From: an uncultured Lentisphaeria bacterium
Lineage (GTDB): Bacteria > Verrucomicrobiota > Lentisphaeria > Victivallales > UBA1829
NCBI GenBank assembly: GCA_949282305.1
Contig: CASDPB010000036.1
Coordinates: 66,425 to 130,424, forward strand
Reading direction: 5' to 3'
DNA length: 64,000 nt
The notes under the pieces are model-generated. The model worked only from the letters and a program-made list of their open reading frames with translations. It was not told the DNA's origin and did not search any database. Position 1 is the stretch's first letter. Every line of letters begins with the position of its first letter. Positions 28,178 through 37,891 of this stretch are shown here, in pieces. The position numbers were made by a program, and so were the translations under genes.

Positions 28178-29314
28178 TTAATCGCTTTCCCGGGTGGAAC
28201 GGATTTCCACCTGATTCATGATGAGACGGCGGACACGGTTTGCCACGATTGCCTGCGTGCCCGCGGTTTCCGAAACGATTCCGCTGAAATGGATGTCGTC
28301 AATCCATGTCTCCCGGCTGCCCTCCAGACGGATCGGCTGTTTTGCGCGGATGCGGAAATTCGAGAACGTCATTGCGCCGATGTGGCGGAGGCGGACGGAG
28401 TCTTCCACATTGATCCACAGCGGAACCCTCTCCGAATCAATCACGAAATTCGTGAACGTCAGGTCGCGCAGGTCAAGATACCCCGTGCATCCCTTGCGGA
28501 GATAGCGCACCGGATTGTCGATGCTGATTCCGTTGCCGCGCCCCTTGAACGTGATGCTGCTGAAGGTGCAGCGGCGGATTGTGTCGTCGCTCGGGCATCC
28601 GATGCGGATTCCCTGGCACCAGCTGTCCAGAGTGCAGTTGCTGACCGTGACGTCTTCAGAGACGGCATGGTGGTCCGGTGAACGGCGGATCGCGCGCAGG
28701 ACGATGCAGTCGTCGCCGGTGCGGAAAAAGCTGTCGCTGACCGTGACCCGGCGGCAGTCGTCGATGTCGATTCCGTCGTTGTTGATCATCTGCTGACAGC
28801 CCGTGACGCGGATTCGCGAGACATGCACGTCGTCGCATCCCAGCAGCCAGAAGGTCCAGCCGGGGGAGTCAACGAAGGAGACCCCCTCGAACAATACGTT
28901 TTTGCAGTCGAAGAACTGAATCATGCGGGGCCGCGGGTGCGGCGGCTTTGCGAATGCTGTGCCTGCGGGGACGTCCGTATCATAGAAATCGGTGCCTGAA
29001 CCGTTGATTTCTCCCATGCCGGTGATCGAAACATTCTCGGCGTGTGCCGCCGCGATCAGGCACTTGCGGCTTCCTTCCGGCGACACGTTGTCGAAGCCCG
29101 GATCACGGAAATCGTCATACTGTTCCGGATCGGAATATCCCTTGAGCTTCGCGCCCGCGGGAAGATGGAGTTCCACATTGCTTTTCAGGTAGATCGTGCC
29201 GGAAAGATAAAGCCCCGGCTCAAGGCAGACTCTGCCGCCGCCCGCCTGATGCGCCGCATCGACCGCCGCCTGAATCGCCGCTCCTGTCTTTTCTGTGACA
29301 GTATGATCCGCCAT
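28178..29314 (-). CDS. glycoside hydrolase family 28-like beta-helix protein, cytoplasmic
   Basis: 378 aa with no signal peptide. Carries IQAAVDAAHQAGGGRVCLEPGLYLSGTIYLKSNVELHL and NNDGIDIDDCRRVTVSDSFFRTGDDCIVLR. Confidence 0.85.
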   Translation of the reverse strand: MADHTVTEKTGAAIQAAVDAAHQAGGGRVCLEPGLYLSGTIYLKSNVELHLPAGAKLKGYSDPEQYDDFRDPGFDNVSPEGSRKCLIAAAHAENVSITGMGEINGSGTDFYDTDVPAGTAFAKPPHPRPRMIQFFDCKNVLFEGVSFVDSPGWTFWLLGCDDVHVSRIRVTGCQQMINNDGIDIDDCRRVTVSDSFFRTGDDCIVLRAIRRSPDHHAVSEDVTVSNCTLDSWCQGIRIGCPSDDTIRRCTFSSITFKGRGNGISIDNPVRYLRKGCTGYLDLRDLTFTNFVIDSERVPLWINVEDSVRLRHIGAMTFSNFRIRAKQPIRLEGSRETWIDDIHFSGIVSETAGTQAIVANRVRRLIMNQVEIRSTRESD

Positions 29315-29329
29315 AAACTGCTCTCCTGT

Positions 29330-30808
29330 TCAGTCAAACAGTTTGTTGATCTCGTCTACTGTGACGTCCGCCAGCTTGTATCCGCCGTCGGAACCGACCT
29401 GCCCGTTGATGATGAGTCCGCCGTATCCGCCGAATTTTTCCGCGTCGGGGCTGGGCAGATAGCCCGCGTGGAAGTTGCCGCCGCCGGAAAGCTGGACGAG
29501 AAAGGTCTGGAACGCATGAGCGCGCGCCTTGATATTCTGACCGTAATAGAGATACAGCTCAAACGGATTGTTTGCAATGGCGACGTCGCCGATGCGGACC
29601 ACGTTCATCTCAAAGATGTATTCCGGGTCTGCATCCTGATCTTCATAGCGCTTGATTACCGCCTGCGCATTCTTTATCAGGACAAAATGATGCAGTTTGC
29701 TGTCATAGGGCCCGGGACCGTCAAGTTTTTCGTTCGCATGGGTTTCCGCGCAGAACTCTTCAAACGCCTTGTCTTCCGGCATAATCGCCGTCAGGCGCGC
29801 AAGCTCCGCCTGCGCCTCTTTGAAATCCGTATAGGATGCGCGGCGGCGCGGAAGCGTTACGGTCACGACGCCGCTTTTCAACACGGGCGCGTAATCCACC
29901 GTGCCCGGAACGGCGGATCTGACTGCGTTGAGCAGACGCTCCGCAAGAACCGGAACTCCGTCCGCATGCCAGAAATCCGGTTCCGTCGTATAGTGTCTGA
30001 CAAGATCGCGGGGAGACTGGCAGCCCGCCGGGGAAATCTGGTAAATCGTATGGAAATTTTCTCCGTATTCCTTTTTGAGAAGCTCGCGCGTCGCCCCCGC
30101 GAAATCGGAGGACACCACGTAGGTGGATTCCATATTCTGCGACGGACATGCCGCATTGAGAATCATGCCGGTGCGCTTTCCCTGTTCGTCGAACGTGAAA
30201 AGCATTTCGATCCCGGTGTCCTCGCCCGCTTCCATACCGATGAAATCGGGACGTGTCGTGTCTCCGTACATTTCCGCTTTTCCGTTGGAGTAAACGGCGC
30301 GGCGGCAATGTCCGATGCGTGCATTGCCGAACGCTCTTGCGATTCCTCCGGGTTTCCGGTTTTTCCATGCGTTGATGATGTTGTCCGCGATGACGGGAAT
30401 TGCAAAATCCGCATATTCTTCCGGGCTGAGCGTCTCATCTTTGATTTTATCCCATGCCTTTGCCGTGACATCGAGGACTCCTTTTTCCGTGTTTTGGAAC
30501 GCGATGGACGGCGCGTTGTGCGTGTGGATGGCATTGAGAAATATCTTTTTCGTGTCGATGGAGGGATCCCGCCTTGCGACTTCTTCGCGCAGACGGTCCA
30601 CGAATTGCTGAGGGCATCCGCAGTTGTCAATTGAGCCCGTAATGAAATAATCGTCGCCGGCACTGACTGCCAGCACAATATTTTTGAGCCGGGAATGTAT
30701 CCCTGTCGCAATCCGGGTGTAATACTGTCCGTAAAGCGGAATCTTTTTGCCGAGGGAGTCCGGGGTGATGTCCGCTTCGCTCCATCCGATCATCAGTTTT
30801 TCGTTCAT
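29330..30808 (-). CDS. neutral/alkaline-ceramidase-N-like hydrolase family protein (function unknown)
   Basis: ATG 30808 gives MNEKLMIGWSEADITPDSLGKKIPLYGQYYTRIATGIHSRLKNIVLAVSAGDDYFITGSIDN, the pattern I associate with the ceramidase_alk N-terminal fold family. The track ORF extends to 30907 across the MFS gene end. Confidence 0.6.
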   Translation of the reverse strand: MNEKLMIGWSEADITPDSLGKKIPLYGQYYTRIATGIHSRLKNIVLAVSAGDDYFITGSIDNCGCPQQFVDRLREEVARRDPSIDTKKIFLNAIHTHNAPSIAFQNTEKGVLDVTAKAWDKIKDETLSPEEYADFAIPVIADNIINAWKNRKPGGIARAFGNARIGHCRRAVYSNGKAEMYGDTTRPDFIGMEAGEDTGIEMLFTFDEQGKRTGMILNAACPSQNMESTYVVSSDFAGATRELLKKEYGENFHTIYQISPAGCQSPRDLVRHYTTEPDFWHADGVPVLAERLLNAVRSAVPGTVDYAPVLKSGVVTVTLPRRRASYTDFKEAQAELARLTAIMPEDKAFEEFCAETHANEKLDGPGPYDSKLHHFVLIKNAQAVIKRYEDQDADPEYIFEMNVVRIGDVAIANNPFELYLYYGQNIKARAHAFQTFLVQLSGGGNFHAGYLPSPDAEKFGGYGGLIINGQVGSDGGYKLADVTVDEINKLFD

Positions 30809-30821
30809 AAGAAACTGCCTT

Positions 30822-32039
30822 TCAGTTTTGTTGTTTTGTATTGTCAATGTATTTTGCAGCCAGAAACAGGGTCGGTACCAGCAGGAGGAACAGGAACGCC
30901 CCCACAAGGAAAATGTTGCGTGTACCGAAGAAATAGATTACCACCCCGCCGAACAGCGAACTCAGCAGAATGCCGATCATGCGCAGGCTTGAGGCAAGCC
31001 CGAACAGAACTCCGCGGCGGCTTTCCGGCGAAGATCGGGACAGCATGGTCTGAAACGCGGGTTCAAGTCCGCCCGCCGCAAGAAAATTGAGAAAACGTGC
31101 CCCGCCGAACAGGGTCAGGGACATGGCATATGCCTGCAGCAGCATGGTTGCCGCGGAGACGAGCAGCGAGGGCAGGGCGATTTTCTGCGGCGAATAACGG
31201 TCGCAGAGCCTGCCGATCAGGACGCCCGACAGAATGCCGCCCGCCGCCGCCAGTGCGCTGATCCAGCCCGTATAGCTGGCTGTGTTCTCCATCCCGTGTA
31301 TTTTTTCGACCATCATTGCAATGTAAGGCTCATCGAATCTCCGGGCGACGCCCATCATGACAAAGAGAAGCAGAATGATCCATATGCCGGTGGAGAAGCC
31401 GCTCAGCATTCCCTGTTTCTTCTCTTCTCTGCGGGGATTTTCCGCGCGGACGAAATTTTCATCTACGAAGAATTGAACCAGGATTCCGCCGACCAAGTAC
31501 ATGATCCCGCAAATTGTGAATGCACAGGCAAACCCGAAATAGTTGACGATCAGTCCGCCCGCGAGAAATCCTACCATATTGCCGCTCCAGAGCGCTGTGC
31601 TGAGCGTGCCGAGGGCGAATCCGTGGTGCGCTTCCGGAGTGTTTGTGACGACAAGGGTCTGCGCCGCCGTCACTGTGCCTGAAAACGCGGAGATGAAGAA
31701 CCGGATTATGATTAGGACAATGACGTTCGGCGCGAGAATCAGGCAGGGAAAGAGAAAACCGGAAACATAATTTGCGCGCAGGAGCATCAGTTTCCTGCCG
31801 TATTTGTCCGCGAGCACTCCCCACAGCGGCGACGACAGGCAGAAACTGAAGAGACCGAAGAAATTGAATGCGGACACCCAAAGCCCGCGCATCTGTTCGT
31901 CTTCGATGTGCAGATGATCCCTCAGATAGATGGGGATAAACGGCATGACCGCCGCAAATCCCGCCATGGACAGAATCTGCGACAGCCACAGGAAGAACAG
32001 GTTCTTTTTCCAGTTGATCTCCCGCGCAGGGGCGTTCAT
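30822..32039 (-). CDS. MFS transporter
   Basis: 405 aa with about 12 hydrophobic segments. The loop 2-3 motif GVLADKYGRKLMLL is characteristic of MFS transporters. Confidence 0.9.
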   Translation of the reverse strand: MNAPAREINWKKNLFFLWLSQILSMAGFAAVMPFIPIYLRDHLHIEDEQMRGLWVSAFNFFGLFSFCLSSPLWGVLADKYGRKLMLLRANYVSGFLFPCLILAPNVIVLIIIRFFISAFSGTVTAAQTLVVTNTPEAHHGFALGTLSTALWSGNMVGFLAGGLIVNYFGFACAFTICGIMYLVGGILVQFFVDENFVRAENPRREEKKQGMLSGFSTGIWIILLLFVMMGVARRFDEPYIAMMVEKIHGMENTASYTGWISALAAAGGILSGVLIGRLCDRYSPQKIALPSLLVSAATMLLQAYAMSLTLFGGARFLNFLAAGGLEPAFQTMLSRSSPESRRGVLFGLASSLRMIGILLSSLFGGVVIYFFGTRNIFLVGAFLFLLLVPTLFLAAKYIDNTKQQN

Positions 32040-33166
32040 AACTTGACCCAGCTCCTTTTTTCCGCCGATTCCTTGACTTTTTCAAGGAGATATTGAATGT
32101 AAATACCCTGTTCGAGGGTCGGTCCCAGCGCCTTGCCGCTGTGAATTGAGTTCAGGAACGTGTAAAGACAGTGCATGTGCCCGCGCAGCCAGCCCATCGG
32201 CGCTTTCGGCGTCGGGAATCCTGCAGGCTTGTCATAACGCTGTCCGCAGTCGATGGCGGTCCAGCCGCGCATTCCGCCGATTGGTTTTGAGGCGGCGGCG
32301 CAGTCGTAATAATAGAGCCGGTGCAGATCCATCGGCACCATCTTCAGCGCGCCTTTGCTTCCGTAGATTTCAAAGCTCATCTCATCCTCGGTGCCCGTCG
32401 CGATTTTTGACGCATTGATGTTGCCGCAGGCTCCGTTCGGCAGACGCACCGTCGCCAGCATATTGTCCTCCGCATCGACTTTGACCATTTTCGACGGGTC
32501 GTCGGCGGAAGGTCTTTCGGGATATGCGGTATGCGTGACCGCGGAAAGCTCGCTGAAGTCTCCGAGCAGATAGTTCATAAGGTCGAGCACATGGCTGCCG
32601 AGATCCGCCACGACTCCGCCGCCGGATGCTCCCGACAGTTTCCATTTCAGCGGCGCTTTCGGATCGGAACTGCCGGAGTGCAGGTAAGACGCGCGGAATT
32701 CCAGAATGTCGCCGATCTTCCCTTCCTCGATCAGCTGCTTCGCGCGGAGCGTGATCGGGAAAAAGCGGTTCTGCAGCGTCATCTGCGAGATGCCTTTGTA
32801 GTTCCTGAGCGCTTCCCGGATCTGCATTGCCTCGTCGAGCGTCGCCGTCAGCGGCTTGTCGCAGTAAATGTGCTTGTTGTGCCGGATTGCGGACATGAGC
32901 GCCTCGAAATGGAGGTTGTTCGGAGTGCAGATGTCCACGATGTCGATATCCGGGTTTTCCGTGATTTCACGGTAATCGGTGACAGCGTGTTCCGCTCCGA
33001 CCTGCGCCGCGCCCTTTTCCGCGGTGGCGGTCTTCGACGTGCAGACATGCGTGATTTTGCTTTTGAACTCCTGCTGATCGTAAAACAGCGGAATGTTCAT
33101 GTGCCCGTAGGCATGAACTTTTCCGATGAATCCGAATCCGACCATTCCGACTTTATAAATATCCAT
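32036..33166 (-). CDS. Gfo/Idh/MocA-family NAD(P)-dependent oxidoreductase
   Basis: 376 aa. Rossmann N-terminus YKVGMVGFGFIGKVHAYG, then ..ICTPNNLHFEALMSAIRHNKHIYCDKPL.. 4-nt overlap with the MFS gene. Confidence 0.9.
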   Translation of the reverse strand: MDIYKVGMVGFGFIGKVHAYGHMNIPLFYDQQEFKSKITHVCTSKTATAEKGAAQVGAEHAVTDYREITENPDIDIVDICTPNNLHFEALMSAIRHNKHIYCDKPLTATLDEAMQIREALRNYKGISQMTLQNRFFPITLRAKQLIEEGKIGDILEFRASYLHSGSSDPKAPLKWKLSGASGGGVVADLGSHVLDLMNYLLGDFSELSAVTHTAYPERPSADDPSKMVKVDAEDNMLATVRLPNGACGNINASKIATGTEDEMSFEIYGSKGALKMVPMDLHRLYYYDCAAASKPIGGMRGWTAIDCGQRYDKPAGFPTPKAPMGWLRGHMHCLYTFLNSIHSGKALGPTLEQGIYIQYLLEKVKESAEKRSWVKL

Positions 33167-33265
33167 ACTTTATTTTCTCCCGTTGATGCTGGTGTTTTTG
33201 AATCTAGCGCATAAATCCCGTTTTTTCCAGGATTTTTTCCGAAGATTCCGGAAAACAATGCCGTT

Positions 33266-33292
33266 CCCGGCGGTATGGCTGATGCCGCCGGG
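33266..33292 (-). terminator. GC hairpin between the aminotransferase and oxidoreductase genes (weak internal terminator/attenuator candidate)
   Basis: CCCGGCGG-(11 nt)-CCGCCGGG. On the minus strand a short T-run (TTGTTTTCC) follows about 10 nt later, so it is not a canonical terminator. Confidence 0.3.
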
Positions 33293-33314
33293 AGCGATTC
33301 TGCCGTATACGGGA

Positions 33315-34682
33315 TCAGCCCAGCAGTTCTTTTTCCGTTTCCGCGATCGCCTCTTCGATGATGTCCATTCCCTTGAGGGCGACTTCGTTCGGCATGATGA
33401 TCGGCGGGCTCATGCGCAGGATGTGTCCGGCGGGAACCCATGCCAGCCCCTTGCCGAACGCTTTCTGGTAGACCATCTTGCCCGCTTCGTCAAACGGGGT
33501 CTTGAGAACTTTGTCTTTGACCAGTTCGATACCGAGCAGACATCCCTTGCAGCGGGTGTCGCCGACGATTTTGTATTTCGTGGTCCAGTCCGCCATGCGC
33601 TTTTTGAAGAGAACTTCCAGTTCCTGCGCATGTTCCAGCAGTCCTTCCTCTTCGATGACTTCAAAGCAGGCGAGAGCCGCGGCGCATGCCATCGGATTGC
33701 CTCCGTAGCTGGTCGAGGCGCTGATCCTGTCGACTGCGTCCGCATACGGCGTGCGCACCGCCATGCAGGTCACGGGGAAGCCGTTTCCGAAGCCTTTGCC
33801 CATGGTGACGACATCCGGCAGGACGTTCCAGTGTTCGCAGCAGAGAATCTTGCCGGTTCTGCCCATGCTTGTGAGGACTTCATCTGCGAAAAGCAGAATA
33901 TTGCGCTCGTCAAGGAACTTGCGGAGTTTCGGGAAGAAGTCGTCCGGCGGCATGATGCTTCCGCCCCAGCCCTGAATGGGTTCGAGGACGAACGCCGCAA
34001 CCTGTCCGGTGGTGGATTCCCTGATGAACTTGTCGTAGAATTCCAGATAGCGTTCCGTGTCGAGCGTGCCGTCGGGACGTGTCCACCACGGACGGTAGGT
34101 GTCGGGACGCGGAACGAGATAAAATCCTTCGGGACGCGCCGAACCGCTGAATTTGGTCATGCGGGCGAGTCCGATGGAGTGTCCGCTCTTGCCGTGGAAA
34201 TCCATGAAACAGCTGATGAACTCATGTTTGCCTGTTGCCGCGCGGCAGGTGCGCAGACCTGCTTCGACTGCTGTGGTGCCGCTGTCATAGAGCTGGAAGC
34301 ATTTCAGGTCGCCGGGAAGGACGGACGCCATTTTTTCAAGCAGCCTGACTTTGATTTCAGTCGTGAAGTCGTGGGCGTTCATCAGCTGTTTTGCATACTT
34401 GGCGACCCCTTCGGAAATTTTCGGGTGGCAGTGACCGAGCGTCGTTACGTAAATGCCGCTGGAGAAGTCGATGTACTGATTGCCGTCAACGTCTTCCAGC
34501 ATACAGCCGGAGCCGCGTTCAAATGCGACGGGAAACAGTTTGACCTGTCCGGAGAGTCCGCGGTAATATTTTGCGGCTCTGGCATGAAGTTCTCTGCTTT
34601 TCGGCCCCGGAATCGTATCCGTCACAAGATGCGGATAATGGTTGAGGTCGAGTTGATACGGCGCGGGATTGTACTTGCCCAT
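33315..34682 (-). CDS. class-III PLP-dependent aminotransferase
   Basis: 455 aa with GSGCMLEDVDGNQYIDFSSGIYVTTLGHCHP, FADEVLTSMGRTGK and DVVTMGKGFGNGFP (PLP lysine region). Confidence 0.9.
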   Translation of the reverse strand: MGKYNPAPYQLDLNHYPHLVTDTIPGPKSRELHARAAKYYRGLSGQVKLFPVAFERGSGCMLEDVDGNQYIDFSSGIYVTTLGHCHPKISEGVAKYAKQLMNAHDFTTEIKVRLLEKMASVLPGDLKCFQLYDSGTTAVEAGLRTCRAATGKHEFISCFMDFHGKSGHSIGLARMTKFSGSARPEGFYLVPRPDTYRPWWTRPDGTLDTERYLEFYDKFIRESTTGQVAAFVLEPIQGWGGSIMPPDDFFPKLRKFLDERNILLFADEVLTSMGRTGKILCCEHWNVLPDVVTMGKGFGNGFPVTCMAVRTPYADAVDRISASTSYGGNPMACAAALACFEVIEEEGLLEHAQELEVLFKKRMADWTTKYKIVGDTRCKGCLLGIELVKDKVLKTPFDEAGKMVYQKAFGKGLAWVPAGHILRMSPPIIMPNEVALKGMDIIEEAIAETEKELLG

Positions 34683-34822
34683 TCTTCTGCTCCTTCTGAA
34701 TAGATGTTAAAAAATAAATCGGTATGATTTGTTTTGCTAAGATAAATTATACCCCTTTTTCCCTTTTTCTCAAGAGACAAACAGTATGATGTGTTATTTT
34801 ATCTTTAAAATAATGTCATTTT

Positions 34823-36769
34823 TTAACAATCTGCTGTCCCTTCCAGTCTGAACACCGCCGGCTCGTAATTTGCCAGGTCTCTGAATATTTCCAGCGCGGT
34901 GCCGTCCTGCTCCCAGGCGGACTCTTTCCATATTCCGTCACCTGCGAGATATTGGACTTTTGTCACCTGCTTGTGGGCGCGGATATGAATGCCGGAAAGC
35001 GCGTCGAAGTTCAGATTGACTACCGCCAGCAGATCCGCACGGTCCGGCAATATCGCATGAAGCGCATAAATGTTCTGCTCCTCCATGACAACATAGGGCA
35101 AGGGAGTTCCGTTCAGTTTGTCCAGCACCCGGATCAGCAGGCGCTTTCTGCCGGGTGACAGATAATTGAACCATGGCATCTGCAGATGAACCGTACAGAC
35201 TGCAACCCTTCCTCCGAGAGCATTCCGGAAGAATGTTGTGCCCGGAGCGATGACGGTTTCCTCGGAAGACTTCAGGTAAGGACTTGAAACAAGCTGCGTC
35301 AGTATCTCCGTATCGGGGCTGTTGACCGTAAGGAACGGGCAGACGAAATCGTTCATCAGGCTCAGCTGCTCTTTTGTTTCGCAGTTTTCTTCATAGCTGA
35401 AGCGGAATTCCCGGGTTTCGGCATTGACGCCGATCTCTCTGGAAAAACCGCGTTTGCAGAACTCTTTCGCCGCCGTGCCGTCAAGAAGCAGAGCGCCGGA
35501 CAGCATATTCCCGAGTTCATCGTCGGAGAAAAACGCGACGCTGTCTTCCCCGGCGAGCATACGGATGCCGGGTTCGGACGGAAATTCATAACGTGCGGGA
35601 ATTCCCGTCTGCCCCAGAACCTGCGGCTGCCAGTCGGATTTCCAGAATGCGTTTTCCGGTTTCAGCGGATGCCAGAATTTCCCCCAGTCGTGAATCGGAG
35701 TGATCGGTCCCTGAAGTTCTGCCGTGCGCATGGTCTCTTCCAATACCTGGTAAAATCCGGCGTGCTTTCCCATGATTTCATCGTAAGGTTTTTCCGTGAC
35801 GGGGTCGGGCCAGCCGAGATTTGTCAGCCAGAGCTTTGCCGCGTTGAGTCCGTTCAGGATTGCGCCGGTGATATGGGCGTGCATACTGATCGCCGCCTTG
35901 CTGTAACGGTGCTGCGGGAACGTATCCGATTCATCCAGAACTTCGGGGATGTCGCTGTTGATCCTGCGCAGGGACTGAGTATATGCCATCCGGAGGGGGA
36001 AGAATTTCGCATCGCCTTCCAGATACATTGCGTTGTTGATCCGCAGAAACGGTTTTGTGCCGCCGGCAAGCGTTTTCGCCATCCTGCCTGTAAGGAGAAA
36101 CTCGGAGCCGGGTGTGCAGTAGCCGCACCGTATGGCGGGATTGACCGAATCAATCGCTTTGCGGATGATGCCGGCGAACTCAAGAAGAGAATCCGTGCGC
36201 ACCTTTTCAAAACGTTCGAGGAGCGGATCGCCGGGTTCCGCGTTTTTCACGAGTTCCCGAAGCTCCTCCGAGGTGTATTCCCGTTCCGAAAGTGCGTTGA
36301 AGCGCTCCATGTGAAGCGGGCAGAAACACTCCAGCCCGTGACCGTCAATCAGGCGGACATCGTCATCAACAAGGAAGGAATACGGCTCTTCTTCTGCGAG
36401 CATGGTGACGGTCTTTTTCACATAATCCTGAAATCCGGGGTCAAGCGGGCACCAGCGGACCAGACTGCCGTGGATATTGAGTGTCCTCTGCCATTTTTCC
36501 TGCGAGACCGGAGCCCCCGGCCAGCCGTGTCCGATCAGGCTTTGGAGCAGGATTCCCACGTGAATGCCGGTTCCCTCAAGCGCTTTTTTGTATTCTCTGA
36601 AAAGTTTTACATAATACATCGGCTTTTCGATTGCCGGGAATCCTTCCGGGTGAAGCGTCAGACTTAAGGCGACTTCATTGAGCCCCGATTCCTTCTGCAG
36701 ACGTTTTGCCTCGCTGACCATATAATCCAGTTTGTCGGGAAACAGCCCGACCACATTGATGAATCTCAT
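34823..36769 (-). CDS. hypothetical 648-aa cytoplasmic protein, first gene of the catabolic operon
   Basis: Long ORF with coherent codon usage and no signal peptide. It begins MRFINVVGLFPDKLDYMVSEAKRLQKESGLNEVALSLTLHPEG. No family recognised. Confidence 0.8.
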   Translation of the reverse strand: MRFINVVGLFPDKLDYMVSEAKRLQKESGLNEVALSLTLHPEGFPAIEKPMYYVKLFREYKKALEGTGIHVGILLQSLIGHGWPGAPVSQEKWQRTLNIHGSLVRWCPLDPGFQDYVKKTVTMLAEEEPYSFLVDDDVRLIDGHGLECFCPLHMERFNALSEREYTSEELRELVKNAEPGDPLLERFEKVRTDSLLEFAGIIRKAIDSVNPAIRCGYCTPGSEFLLTGRMAKTLAGGTKPFLRINNAMYLEGDAKFFPLRMAYTQSLRRINSDIPEVLDESDTFPQHRYSKAAISMHAHITGAILNGLNAAKLWLTNLGWPDPVTEKPYDEIMGKHAGFYQVLEETMRTAELQGPITPIHDWGKFWHPLKPENAFWKSDWQPQVLGQTGIPARYEFPSEPGIRMLAGEDSVAFFSDDELGNMLSGALLLDGTAAKEFCKRGFSREIGVNAETREFRFSYEENCETKEQLSLMNDFVCPFLTVNSPDTEILTQLVSSPYLKSSEETVIAPGTTFFRNALGGRVAVCTVHLQMPWFNYLSPGRKRLLIRVLDKLNGTPLPYVVMEEQNIYALHAILPDRADLLAVVNLNFDALSGIHIRAHKQVTKVQYLAGDGIWKESAWEQDGTALEIFRDLANYEPAVFRLEGTADC

Positions 36770-36915
36770 TGTCTTTCCTCTGGTTGATTTGAGAACTCAT
36801 GCTTGCATGCTGGAAAAATATCCGGCAAAAGGAATTTCGCAAGAAAAAAAATCCGGAAGATTTGTTTTTTATAGAATATAATGTTAATTTATAACATCAA
36901 AGAGGAGACGGCGGA

Positions 36916-37680
36916 ATGCACCAGCGTCATAAAAAAATATTGGACATGCTTCAGTCCGGCAAACTGCGGATCAAGGATGCCGCCGTTGAGCTTGGAGTTA
37001 CGGAAATGACTCTGCGCCGGGATTTGAAGGAGCTTGAGGCGAAAAAACTGGTGCTTCTCGTGAAGGGCGGCGCCGTTTCCCACCCCGCGCGCTATGAGCC
37101 GGAGCAGACGGAAACCGAATTGCTGGGACGCAAGTTTGCGATCGCCAAAGCGCTTTTTCTGCGGATTCTTCCGACGGATACGATTTTCATCAGCACTGGC
37201 TCGACAAGTCTTGCATTTGCAAAGATCGTTGCACGGCAGAATGTTCTGCCGATGACGGTTGTGACGAATTCTCTGTCGGTGGCGTCAACTCTGTTCCGTT
37301 CCTGCTGCAAGGTCATTCTGCTGGGTGGGGAGCTGCGGACAAATTCTTTGGATCTGGTCGGACCCATATCCGAAAAGAACATAGAAGAATATCATGTGGA
37401 TTGGCTGATTACCGGCTGTGACGGAGCATTTGCCGATTATGGTTTTTACACGTCGGACATCAGTCTTTCCAATCTGGAGAAAAGATCAATCGGGATTGCC
37501 GATCATGTCGCCGTGGTCGCGGACAGTACTAAATTCGACCGAAAGGCGCTGACTCGTTTTGCCGCCTTGAAGGATATTGACCTGCTTGTTACAGACTCCG
37601 GGCTGTCCGATGAGGATTGCGAAAAACTGAAAAAAGCCGAAATTGAAGTGATTAAAGTGGATCTTGAAACTTCGGGATAA
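36916..37680 (+). CDS. DeoR-family transcriptional regulator
   Basis: 254 aa. MHQRHKKILDMLQSGKLRIKDAAVELGVTEMTLRRDLKELEAKKLV is a DeoR HTH, followed by a DeoR C-terminal sensor domain. The RBS is AGAGGAG. It is divergent from the 34823-36769 operon. Confidence 0.9.
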   Translation: MHQRHKKILDMLQSGKLRIKDAAVELGVTEMTLRRDLKELEAKKLVLLVKGGAVSHPARYEPEQTETELLGRKFAIAKALFLRILPTDTIFISTGSTSLAFAKIVARQNVLPMTVVTNSLSVASTLFRSCCKVILLGGELRTNSLDLVGPISEKNIEEYHVDWLITGCDGAFADYGFYTSDISLSNLEKRSIGIADHVAVVADSTKFDRKALTRFAALKDIDLLVTDSGLSDEDCEKLKKAEIEVIKVDLETSG

Positions 37681-37857
37681 TCTGTCTGACGGATCTTGAA
37701 ACCGGCTTTCCTGCATGACCGCCGGGCAGCAGGACCTGCCGGTGTAATCCGCAAAGGATATCCGGCTGTTCTCCGGCGGGATGTTCACAAGTTCGCAGTC
37801 TTGAATCTGTTTTTCAGATTTCAGCATGAACTTTCAATTCCCATGCTGAAATCCCCC

Positions 37858-37885
37858 TTGACTTTTTATTTTTTTGTATTATAAT
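37858..37885 (+). promoter_or_regulatory. near-consensus sigma70-type promoter (TTGACT-16 nt-TATAAT)
   Basis: TTGACT at 37858-37863 and TATAAT at 37880-37885. The predicted start is about 37892, the first base of the hairpin RNA below. Confidence 0.5.
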
Positions 37886-37891
37886 ATTGCT

